From assembly GCF_964194025.1 (NCBI RefSeq), contig NC_134472.1:13640001-13704000 (forward strand): 64,000 nt of DNA. The letters run 5' to 3'. Position 1 is the stretch's first letter. Every line of letters starts with the position of its first letter. This stretch comes from Convolutriloba macropyga. Lineage: Eukaryota. The notes below the pieces were generated by a model, which ran no database searches, was not told the origin of the DNA, and worked only from the letters and a program-made list of their open reading frames with translations. A program made the translations under genes and the position numbers. This document shows positions 11,689 to 23,300 of this stretch, piece by piece.

Positions 11689-12624
11689 TACTACTCCTAC
11701 GGATAAAAATATTTATGTAGATAGAATGATGCATGTTCTCCGCAACCAGCATTTGCTGAACCCAATGTTATTTTGAATTTGCAAAGCAAATATTTGATTT
11801 AAATGATGAAGGCGTGAGCGAATTGTGAAGATTTCTCGAGTTATTCAGCTTACAGCTGATTACGGAAAACTGGAAAATTTCTATTTGGATTTTTTTCGTA
11901 AGAACTTTAACATTTTTTGGATCTACTTTTCTTACGTCGCTACTTTATTCATGTCACCCAGTTACGAGTTTTTTATGAGTTGTTTAAGAGCCCTTTATTG
12001 TGTGAAAATTTGGTTGTCCGCGTGAGAGACGTAAAAGCATTTAAAGGATCTGAGAACTCGAAATTGTACTACGATGAGGGGAGAGGGGACTGTATAATGT
12101 GGAAAGAAGCAAAATTTCACAGTAAAGCGATGAAAATTAATCTAATGTTGGTTAAAATTCTTGGTAATGAAGTTAACATGGAATCAGTTGTGAAGCTTGG
12201 TTCTATTTCAATGCACATATACTTGGTTGTACATGCAATATGTAGAATAAATCACTAGTTTTAATGCGACTAATGGACTAATGAGTGCACTAATGGGCCG
12301 TTCTGTTCACATGAGAGGTAGAAATACGGCATGATTTTTTGATCTAAATTATCTGAAGTTGAACATACTTTCATGCCGGTAATAGAGTTGTCATACTTGT
12401 TAAGTATCCGATGACGTCATCCAATTCGTAATCGATTTCATATACTACAATCCCTGTTCTGAGATTTCCCAGAAATTATTTATCATCCTTACACGAGTAC
12501 CAGGATCGCACACATGCATACCCAGAACGAAGTATTAACCCCTGATTAGACCATCCTTTTCATAGTAATAGACAGACTTTGCCTTATGACCAGACTGTGC
12601 AGTTCAGACTTGTGCCAGGTACTC

Positions 12625-14679
12625 CCCAGGTTGAGGTGTCAACGCTAAAATTCGCTAAAGAATGTAAGATTTGCGGTGAATGCGGTGAAAAGACGTAAGA
12701 ACTGCGATTTTTAGCGTTGAATGCAGTGAATGCGGTGAAAAAAAATTCACCGCTAAGAACCGCAGATCTCACAAAAATTCACCGCCAAATTTACCAATAA
12801 TAGTAACCGGAGAAAACATTGCAGAAAAAGATGTAAGAGTAGCGGTGAATGCGGTGAAATTCTGCAAGATTTGCGGTGAATTTTTGTACGATTTGCTATT
12901 TTTAGCGTTGATTTTTTTCAGCGCATTCGATTGTTAGCGATGAAATTTTTTCCCGCTACCAATCGAATGCGGTGCAAAAAAACACACCCCGCTAAAAACC
13001 GCAAATCTTAGAAAAATTCACCGGTAAATTCACCGCAATTCTTACAAAAATTCACCGCTTTCACCGCATTCATCGCTAAAAGATGCGGTCGCTTTGCGGT
13101 AAAAATTTTTTTCACCCCTATTCACCGCAACTCTTAAATTATTTTTTCGACAAAACCTCGACCCGGATCAGACTATAAATCAGTTCAGAACTTTGTCTCC
13201 CTTGATTAAACGTTTTTTAAAACCCGCCCGTGTCGAGGTTTTTGGGCAAATTTTTGTAAGAATTGCGATGAATGTGGTGAATTTTTGTAAGAAATGCGGT
13301 GATTGCGATGAATGCGGTGAAAAAAAATTGTCGCATTTCACCGCATTTCTTAAAAAATTCACCATGAAAATCACCGCATTTCTGACAAAAATTCACCGCA
13401 TCGTCTTATGTGGCAAATTAATGTAAGAAATGGTGGTACCACGGGCGATGTGGTAACGGGGCTGAGGTTAGAGTTATGAAAAAAATATCCGTATTGGGTA
13501 AGAAAAGACCGTGCTCGACGGTTATTGCGCATGAAAAGGCCAGAAGTTGTCCTGCATAAGAATATGAACCATATGATCCAATAAAAATGCCCATGATTCG
13601 AATATGCACGAACTAGAAAAATTAATTGAGAAATAATATGACGAAGAGCTTTCAAATTTCGATTCTGCGGCACAATGCAAATTTTTGCTACTGTGACTCC
13701 AAAACCTCACCAATCAGAAACTGGAAGGATAAATTGGATACCCGGATCAACAGGAAAACAGGAAAAAAAATGTAGGATAAGCGGTGAAAAGTTTTTCTTC
13801 ACGGCAATTTTCATATATAAATTTTCGGTGAAATGCGGTGAAATTATGTAATTTCACCGCTAGAGTAAGCGGTGAACGTACAAACTTTTTCCACGTTTAA
13901 CCGCTTATTACAAACTATCAGACGTACGCGGATTCGAACATCTCACCTCCTGAATGACAACCACTTCTTTTGCCACTGCGCTACGTCTCACAAAACTGTA
14001 GCATATTTGCTTTGAACTTAAATCAAGTTCAATCTACTTTATCAAGAACATGCGCGTTGAATTTTTGTAAGGTTATCGGCGAAATTACAAATTTTAGCGG
14101 TTATATGTGGTGATTCTTTGTAAGTTTACCGCTTAGTCTACTGGTGGAAATACTTAAATCCACCGCTTAAAAAAGTTTCAAGGAGATGTAAGATTATTCG
14201 TGGGTAAATTTTCCGTGCGTCTTCAATAAATGTATTTCAACTTTGCTGGACAAAAAATCAATTCGAAGCGTTTTCTAAGCGGTGAATTTATGCTATTTGA
14301 CCACTAAGCTAAGCAGTGAACTGAACTTATGTAATTTCACCGCATTAACAGCTGATCTCACACAATTTTAAAAAAATTTTCAAAGCGGTGAATTTATGTA
14401 ATTTCACCACTAAGTTAAACGGTGAATTTTTGTAATTTTACCGCATTAACTTCTGATCTCACAAAATGTTAAAATTTGTTTCTAAGCGGTGAATTGATGT
14501 AATTTCACCGCATTCACCGCTTATTTCAACGCTACCGTGCGATAAAGTTTTTTTTCACCGCAATCACCGCCTGATTTATGTATTTTCACCACATTCACCG
14601 CTTATCTTAAAATGTTTTCCACATTCGCCGCTTAACTTACATAATTTTGCATTGAATGGCGGTGACACCTCGACCCCGG
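12625..14679. mobile_element. non-autonomous DNA transposon(s) with TTCACCGC/GCGGTGAA subterminal repeats; inverted pair or composite
   Basis: Outer TIRs CCCAGGTTGAGGTGTCAACGC / GCGGTGACACCTCGACCCCGG (17/21 match). Inner ends CAAAACCTCGACCCGG (13151-13166) and CCCGTGTCGAGGTTTTTG (13227). Dozens of CACCGC motifs in both orientations; no clear TSD. Confidence 0.8.
13918..13990 (-). pseudogene. tRNA-derived sequence (pseudo-tRNA or SINE head, Asp-GTC-like loop)
   Basis: A box TAGCGCAGTGG, B box GTTCGAATCC, acceptor-like pairing TGAGACG/CGTCTGA; anticodon and T stems are broken. Confidence 0.55.
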
Positions 14680-17600
14680 TTGATAGCAATGTATCCACAA
14701 AGAACCATGTAAGATTGATTAATTGTCGTGCGCAAGACTAAAAGCTATTTTCGTTTTATTTTTTGACAGTTTAATTGTTTTAACATCTTCACCTAGAGGT
14801 AGAACTATATAAACCAAAACTCAATTCTACATGCCTCCATGAAAGATTTTTTGTGTCTGTAGTAGCTTAATGGTTTGTTGTGAGAAAATAGATCACCAAG
14901 AGAACAAAAAATAAAGTTTTAAAAAACTTGGCAAAATTGTTCGAAGTGTTATCAATAAATAATAAAAAAAATTTAGCGTTTGAAAATAAACGTGAACAAG
15001 ATGTGCTATGTCACGTTGACGATTACGTTTGGCCAAATTCACAAAAATTTTCAAGGGTATACACATTTTTTTATTAAAAACATTTGAACAACAATTTTCC
15101 ATTTTTTTAAATGAAATTTGCATGCTATTGTAACATCATAAAAAGATCCCGCAGCAACAAAAATGCTTGGGGGAAATTGAGCAATCGAAAGTTGCTCCCT
15201 GTCTTAATTATTTTTATTCCGGCAAAACGAAACCTAAATGTATGGGAAAAAAAGAAAATTCTTTTTATGATGTTTGCACATTGCGGGATAAAAAAGAAGG
15301 ATGTGGTCCAGACCTTTGTATAAGCAAGGGTATCTTATCAGCAACGTTTTTTTTTTCAATGCGCACGTAGAACCACTGAGCTGCTTCTAATCACTAAAAA
15401 TCGTGAAAGCAATAGTAACTTCGGCTGTTATTGCAGACGAAATTTCCCAAGACCGAACAAAAATCGACAGAAAGACGTTTGATTTGAAGAAAATCCAAGA
15501 ATTTTGAAAAATTTAGAAAGTTAGTGCAAGTTTTGCCAACAAAGGGATCCCAATTAAAGTTGTAATGTAATTCATATCAAATTAAAACGCTATAAATACG
15601 CATATAAAACTTTTTGGATACAGCATTATGTAGCTACGGGAACCTCAAAATGGTACCTGGACAGCATGTACATCATGTCACTTGCCTGTTAAGGTAATTC
15701 GCAATTCGCTGCTGATACAAAAGCCTTGCAACTTGAGATTACTTTGTCCAATGATATAAGAAGTTGGTTTGATTTTTTAAAGGTCGGAGCGAGTTTCCAA
15801 CGCCCTCTATAGAAAATCTGTATGTGGTGGATAAAAAACTGCTGATACACATTGTTTCAAAAAGGAAAACGGTGTTCGAATCGACAATTTATATCCACTA
15901 CTAAGTATACAAAAATACAAATAAAATCATTTACAACAAACAATCAAAACTAAGCTTCCTGATCTCATTTAGTGCAGTTCAATAATATCAGAGTTAGGTT
16001 GAAAATTAAAAATTTATAGATATATGGTGGGGGTTCTCTCCTCACTTAATTCTGCGAACTTATCTCAAATATATAGTGTAAATAGTGAGACAACGAAAAA
16101 CCATGTTGGGCAAATCAATCTAAACCCAAAGTTTACCGGACTAACTTTATAAACCTTTGAAGGCACCATTCAATCAATGGAAATTCTTTACGATACAAAA
16201 AAATTGAAACATTAAAATGAAAAATCCTATACTCAATCATTGTTAAAAATAAGCAACGTAATAAAAATTTTTTACTTTAAAGATATTATAGGTATAGAAA
16301 TATTTCTAAGACCTTTAATACGTTAAAAAATATTGCGATTGAAACTCTTTCTTCTGAAACTGACCTTTATTTAAACTATTCCGTTATTTCTTTATACCAT
16401 TCAATTAAACTATCAACGTTACAACTCTCAATATTTCTTTTCAGAACATCATGTACTAATTCATTAGTTTCAAATACTAATTTAATCCCAATACTTACTA
16501 CTTGATTAATCCAGTTTTTCTTTAATGATTAAATTCTTATCATGGGCATAACACACAATGTTATTTACATATCTTTTAACATCAGAGAATCAGAATCTTT
16601 TATCATTCAAGCTATTTAAACCTCGTTTTAGCTTTTTTTGAGCCAATTTCTCATCTGTTTTTAGATTCCGTTCTGAATTGGAATTCTCACTTTATTATAT
16701 ATTAGGGCTTTATAGTAATCAATATGTTTTCCTTTATTCTCCTTCTTTGTACCTTTTCTATTCCAACATCACTTTATAGATTTTAATTTTTCGATTTCAA
16801 ATTTCTAAACTTTCCTATGAGCTCACTACTAAATCATGACTAAACTTGCCAGTAAATTTATTATAGTTTTTGTCAGGATTATCGAGAATTCGCTAATAAA
16901 AAAATCACTATCAACACAACCAATATCTATACCAACATCACTAAAGATTATATTTAAAAAACTCTCAGTATCCATATAGGGTAATCTGAAATCTTTAGAT
17001 GAAAGTTGAAGGACATTATAGATGAATTTAGAAACGTTTATACACAAAAAGTTCACTAAGTCTAAATCATTATTATAGAAATAAATTGTTTTATCATAAT
17101 TCATTGTTCTATTTGCATATTCAAGCCGTTTTAAATGGTGGTTTTCTTACTCTCTTATTTTTTTAAATCAAAGAGTTTTTCTGAATATAATTGAAAGGAT
17201 TCTCACAAGTTTTACAAACAGTTTATTATTAATCATTTCATATATTTTCCCAAGACATCTTTTGAACACCGCTAATTGTGTTTATTGATCAAATGTTGAC
17301 CAATTTTCACCCAACTTGCTTCAAAAAATTATGCTATATTGCCTTTAAACGCGGATAAAAATTGATTCAAAAATTTTCCAAAAAAGCAAAAATTTAGAAA
17401 ATCGTGTTTGTTGTGAAATTCTAGATGTAGAGGACTTTAAACTGATACCAGATAAGTTAATCTGGTGCTGAGGTATGCCCTTAAAGAAAGTCAAAAACTG
17501 TCTGAACAACAAAAAATGGGCTAGCGTGCAAGTTGTTCCATCTCTTTCCCCCAAAATGGGGGAACAATAACAAATTTTACATGACGCTAAGAGTTTTTAT

Positions 17601-17719
17601 AGGTTTTTGGATGTCTTGAAGACTTCTTGAATCAATTTGATCGTTGACCGTATTTATTGCTGGACACCAACAAAAAGTCATTTCTCCAGTAGCTTTTTAA
17701 GGTGTTTTCTTTTTGTTGA

Positions 17720-19270
17720 ATGCATCACAGCCTTCGAATAATCTTTGGTCTGGTTTTGGGACCATTAAATTGTTAGATCAACAATTTTGTGCCAAAGATT
17801 GGCTCAACCCGTACAAGCCACATAGTTGATGCCCAATTGACTCTAGTTCGATTGCAACTTATCACAGTTGACTAAAAATGCAATTTTTAGAGGTTGACTA
17901 ATCAAGGCAATGAATTCAACCGAAGCAATGGTGAAAGAGTGTTTTCAGTGACTGTTGTGACAATTTTCCTGTGTTGAGCTACCTCAAAGATTTAGTGCGT
18001 AATTTTCTTTTCTTGTGAATCTCGAACCCTTAGGAAAATGAGACATTATCTCTGGCTGTTTTTGGAAGCGCTTTCTTTTTTGCTCTTCATTCCGTTATGA
18101 TAGGCGCTTCTAGTGACAAAAGGTAGCGTATTGCAATATAATACTGCGCATCTAAAATGTTTACTGGTGTTCACAACTCAAGCCCAACTGTCAAGAAAAA
18201 TTTCTTCTTGAGCTTTATTCAATAATTCACAAACTAACTAAGGAAAAGGACCCAGATGTGGTCGAAATTGATCCCTGAAATTGATCCCTGTATATGCCCT
18301 GTATACAGCAATGCACTGAATACTGATGGAACGACAACAAACAAAAATTTCGAAACGAGTTTTAATGTTCAAAATTGTAACATATCAATTGAACTCTAAG
18401 ACAAAACTATTGGATTACAAACTGCTAGAATTAGTCAGATGCTTTATCCTCAGATAGTTTTTTGAGCAAAAGTTGTTTTGTTGACTTTTTTGAACAATAG
18501 CTGATGGGATTGACTCCCGTAACTTTATGTACAATTTGATATCATTGTTTTTTCCAATGGCTGCAGTCACACGCCACTTGCAAACTGCAGATATGATATT
18601 GTTCTCTAAAATATTTCAGTCAGTCATTCATTATAGTTGCAAATTTCGTACGATCTCAAGCCAATGAAAACAGTATGGCTTGATTTTTTTGTGGCTGACG
18701 CAGAATTGTTCCACATTCGTTGTTCGTTTTTGAAAGCACAATTAATATTTTATCATTTCACCAGGAATTATAATGCAGAAGCGGTTGTTGTAGCATTGAA
18801 CAATGTTTTTATGAAGCTGCTACAAAAGAGTTAAATTAAATTTTTGCTGGTGTTTGAGAAACCGAATGTTAAAATCTATATGTTTTCAGGGGAACAAAAA
18901 ACCTGAGTAACCTTCAATTAAGAAAAAGTATTTAGTTGTTTTTTTATTATTGATAACTTTTACCATTAGATGTTTCCTCAAACGTGTTTTTTAAATTCAT
19001 GACCATTTAGTATTCAATTTTTCTCCATTATTGACGGTTATGAGTTATGATAATGCTCTACCTGTCTTGTCCTATCACTCAGTATAAATTTCAAGATTTT
19101 AATTTCTAGCATAGTCAAATTGATGGCTTACGATTCCAATTTAGCTGTTCATGAAAAACTAATTCTAGCTTTCTCAGAAGCAAAATTTGAGTTCAATGCT
19201 TTTGCCAAAATGACTGAAACCCATTGCCAAAGTGATTGAACCCCTCTTTATTTCAACTTATTCGTAGCCA
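17720..19270 (+). pseudogene. decayed partial rotatin paralog including upstream non-coding region
   Basis: 17720-18100 aligns by eye with 48310-48720 (CATAG.TGATGCCCAATTGACTCTAGT; GTGTTGAGCT.CCTCAAAGATTTAGTGCGT). 18130-18280 aligns with RTTN CDS 48960-49103 (TCACAACTCA.GCCCAA..TCAAGAAAAATTTCT; TAATTCACAAACTA). Weaker similarity of ~19160-19260 to ~50490-50580; the right boundary is tentative. Confidence 0.82.
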
Positions 19271-20319
19271 ACAAATTTCGTTTGACAAGCGCAAAGTAGT
19301 GGAAAAATTCTTCAGTCTTACTTCTCTTTTAATGTATTGCTAGTAAAAGAAAGTTTTAAGTAGTAAAAAAGAAGAAGCTCTTTTTAATCCAATATAGACA
19401 ATTTTTAAGAAAAAATTTAAAAACTTGCTTTTTTTAAAAAATAGCAGGTAAATAAAAACTTAAAAAAATAGAAGTTAAAAATATATCACACCCATAAATG
19501 CAAACAAGACAATGCTGCAGTGACATATTTTTTCAACAGTCTTCACCGCACCTTGAAATATATTTACCATGTTAGAATACTGAGATAGTAAAATTTGGAA
19601 GAGAAAATACAAAACAAAAAGCATTTTGTCCAGCTGGTTGATTTTTTTTACAATTGTCATGTGTTAGCGATAGAGCAAGTTAGATTACAAAACTGAGTTA
19701 AATTTGATTATTTTAAAATAATTTATATTTTCTTGTGGTATCAAAGTAATTGAAATACAAGTAAAGACGCCAATTTAACTTAACAAATGAAAAAATCACA
19801 CTTCACAGGATGTAAAAAAAGGTTCAAAACGGGAACTCAAACTGCGGACAAAAACAGTTCGTTTCGGCTTTTGCAAAAGGTGGCTTCTAACTTTTTGAAT
19901 AGCAAGTAAATTTTGAAAATTTACAAAATTTTGAAAAATATAAATTAGATAGAATACAGTAGTGCGAACTCGACCCAAAAATGACAATGCAGCAGTGAAA
20001 AACTTATCTTCAAATAATAAGGGCTCAACTTCCTTCTTCGCTTCCTGAAAGACATTTACTATGTTAAAGCACTGAAAGAGTAGGATTTAGTAGCTACGTA
20101 TAAGCTATCAGGCTACGTACAAGAACTTCCCAAGAAAGAGACAGTATAGGTCATTAGAGAGCAAATAGGACTTGTCAACTGTTATGGTTGGAAGAAGAAC
20201 CATAAGTTTTTCACCCGGAGTTAATTTAAACAATTTAAACAATTTAAAATAGAATTGAAGCGAAAAATTTTATTCTGAAAATTAACACCATAAAAATTAA
20301 AATATAAAATAAGAGAATC

Positions 20320-23300
20320 AATTGCTGTCTGATTCCTTTTAAAACTGACATCAATAGAGTTAAGGGTATCGACAAAGTAGAAAGAAGACATATGAGGGAA
20401 AAAATGAAATGCCTGAAATTCTATTTTAAAATAATTACTTCTAATTAGTTTTTTTCAATGGATAAAAATAAAACCACTGATATCATTAAAAACGCCGTAT
20501 CACATTAGAAATTATGATCAACATCGATGATCAAGCAAATTTCAATCATGCCTTATGAGCAGGAGAAATGTATAAGCAAAACCAAAAATGTTTTCAAAAC
20601 AATTTTTTCCAATCTCACAATTATCAGAATCATTTTCAGTGATTCATTGATTGAGACTGAAGCTAAAATTTAACAGGAGACTCTTTTTACTTTCTACTCG
20701 CTTTCGAGAAAAAATCCGATACTGAAAAATAATTAACAGTAAAACAGCAACCAAAGCACCGAAGTTCGTCAAAAACGCGAAAGTCTCTTTCTCTTAAAGC
20801 AGAAAAAGTTGAGAGAGAGAGAAATAGAATTTCCATGTGAAAACTGAGAGTTAAAGAAGGACAAAACTTCTAAAACAATTAGAGTAAAAAAAACAAAAGA
20901 AAAAGCATGTCCCAGCTGGTTGATTTTATTACAGTTGAGTTTTTAGCGATAGAACGAATGAGAATAAAAAATTGATTTAAAATAAGTTTATTTTTTAAAG
21001 ACTTCAAATTGCTTTTGGTATCAATTAATCGAATCACAATTTAGGATACAAATTCAAATTGGTAACTGAAAGAATCACACTCCACGGGATATTAAAAAAT
21101 TTTTAATATTTAAGGGAACTCAAAATGCGGGCAAAAGCACTTCAATCCGAATTTTGAAAGAAGGTGGCTTCCTAGATATTGAGTAGCAACAAAAACTTTA
21201 AGACTTCAAAAATTTTGAAAAGTACAAAAATATAGCACACATTAGTGCAATTTTAGTACACAGTAAAAAACTTGAGCTTCAATTAATTAGGGCACAACTA
21301 CCTTCTTCGCATCTTGAAAAACAAACACTATTTTAGAACTCTGTGAGCGTAAGATTTCGTAGCTACGTACATGCTAACAAGCTACATACATTGCGCTCCC
21401 GAAAAAAACTGTATTCTTTTATTATAAAATAAATCTCTAACTTTTTTAAAAAACGTTTGAGTAGAAGAACTTTCCTCTAAAAATGACATAATTTTAAAAT
21501 ACATCAAACACTAAGCAATTGAAGTCAAATTGTTTTCCAAATTGATATCGTTAGAGTTAAGGGTATTGCCAATGTACAAAGAAGACATATTTGGTAAAGA
21601 CTTGAAATATCTGAAGTTTTTTTTTATTGTTGCTAATTGTTGCTAATTAGGTATTTTCAATGGGTAAAAAAAACTGATACCAACGAAAATGCCGTATCAC
21701 AATAGAAATTTTTATCATCTTTGATTATCAAGCAAATCACAAGGATGCCTTTTGAGCAGGAGAAATGTATTCAGAAAAAACTGTTTTCAAAACAATTATT
21801 TACAATCTGCAAAATATCAGAATCATTTTCAGTGACTCAATGATTGAAACTGAAGCTAAGACTTACCAGAAGACTCCTTTTACTTTCTGCTCGCATTCGT
21901 AAAAAAAAATCCGATACTGAAAAGAATAACAGTAAAAGGAGCAGTCACAGCACCGATTTTTATCAAAAACCCACGATAATCTCTTTCTCTTAATACGGAA
22001 AAAATTGAGAGACAGAAATAGTCAATCCGTATGAAAATTGAGAGAAAAAGAAAGACAAGTCCTTGAAAACATTTGGAGAAAAAAAAACAAAAGAAAAAGC
22101 ATTTCTGTCCAGCACGTTGACTTAATTACAGTCGAAAATTCAGCAATAGAGCAAGTGAGAATAAAAAAACTGAATTAAGAAAACAATATTTCATAAATTT
22201 AAATCTCTTGTGGTATCCAATAATCCAATCACAATTTAGGAGACCAATTTAAATTAGCAACTGAAAAAATAGCACTCCACAGGATATAGAAAATTAGTTC
22301 AAAAAATAAAGGAACTCAATTAGAGAGCGAAAGGTTTTCAATTCTGCTTTTGAAAGCAGTTGGCCTCCTGGCTATTGAATAGCAAGTAGCTTTTGGAAAC
22401 TTCAAAAATTCTGAATATGAAAAATATATAGCATATATTAGTCCAAACAAGACCCAATTACGTCAGTACAGCAGTAAAAAATCTGCGCTTCAGACAACTA
22501 GGGCTCAATTACTTTCTTCTCATCTTGAATAACATTTACTATTCTACGATTAAGATACCTACATGACATTCCGACAAAAATGAAGACAGTATTTTTTTCC
22601 TAGAAAGCAAATAAAACCTGTCATTTTTTGCTTGAAGCAGAGACACAATTTTTTCATCAGAAGTAAATGATGCTCTAAATTTTTAAGAGTACGCTTGAAT
22701 GAAAGAATTTTTCTCAAAAAAATGACATCATAATTTTTAATATTAACAAAAGGAAACCAATTGAAGTCTGATTGTTTTCCAAATTGATATTAATAGAGTT
22801 CAGGATATCGCCAAAGATGATAGAAGACTGATGTTGGCAAAATTTGAAACGTTTTAATTTTTTTCTTTAAAATCATTCTTTCTGAAGAGGTATTTTCAAT
22901 CAGTACGAAATAAATTTGAGAAAACATCAAAAGTGGCGCGTGACAAAAGAAATATTGAATCACCATTGATGATGAGACAAATCACAGGAAAGCACAATGA
23001 GAAGGAGAGTCGTATCTAAAAACCAAATTTATTGGAAAACAGTAAATTTAAGTCAGAAGCTTTTCAGTATCTTTTAAAGCGGTTCATTGACTGAAATTGA
23101 AGGTAAGACTTAACGGAAGACTCTTGTTACTTTCTAATTGCATGCGTGAAAAAATTCGATAAAAATAACAGCAAAAGTAGCAGTCAAAGCACCGAGGTTG
23201 ATCAAAAAGGCGATAATCTCTTTCTCTTAAAACACAAATAGTTGAGAGACAGAAATAGAAGCTCTGTGTTGAAAATGGAAGACAAAGCCCGAAAATTCCT

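Larger units (their letters stand above)
1..11695. mobile_element. Polinton/Maverick-like endogenous virus/transposon, right-hand portion, decayed
   Basis: Protein-primed PolB pseudogene, densely packed intronless accessory ORFs and a repeat-rich terminal region. The terminus CCCTATTACTACT (reverse complement AGTAGTAATAGGG) is reconstituted after removing the MITE at 10724-11688. Integrase, capsid, ATPase and protease genes are not seen here and may lie left of position 1. Confidence 0.8.

Noticed and set aside
11214-13713. ORFs inside the TIR elements as transposases
   Set aside because: They are short, largely translated from subterminal repeats, and show no DDE or other transposase motif.
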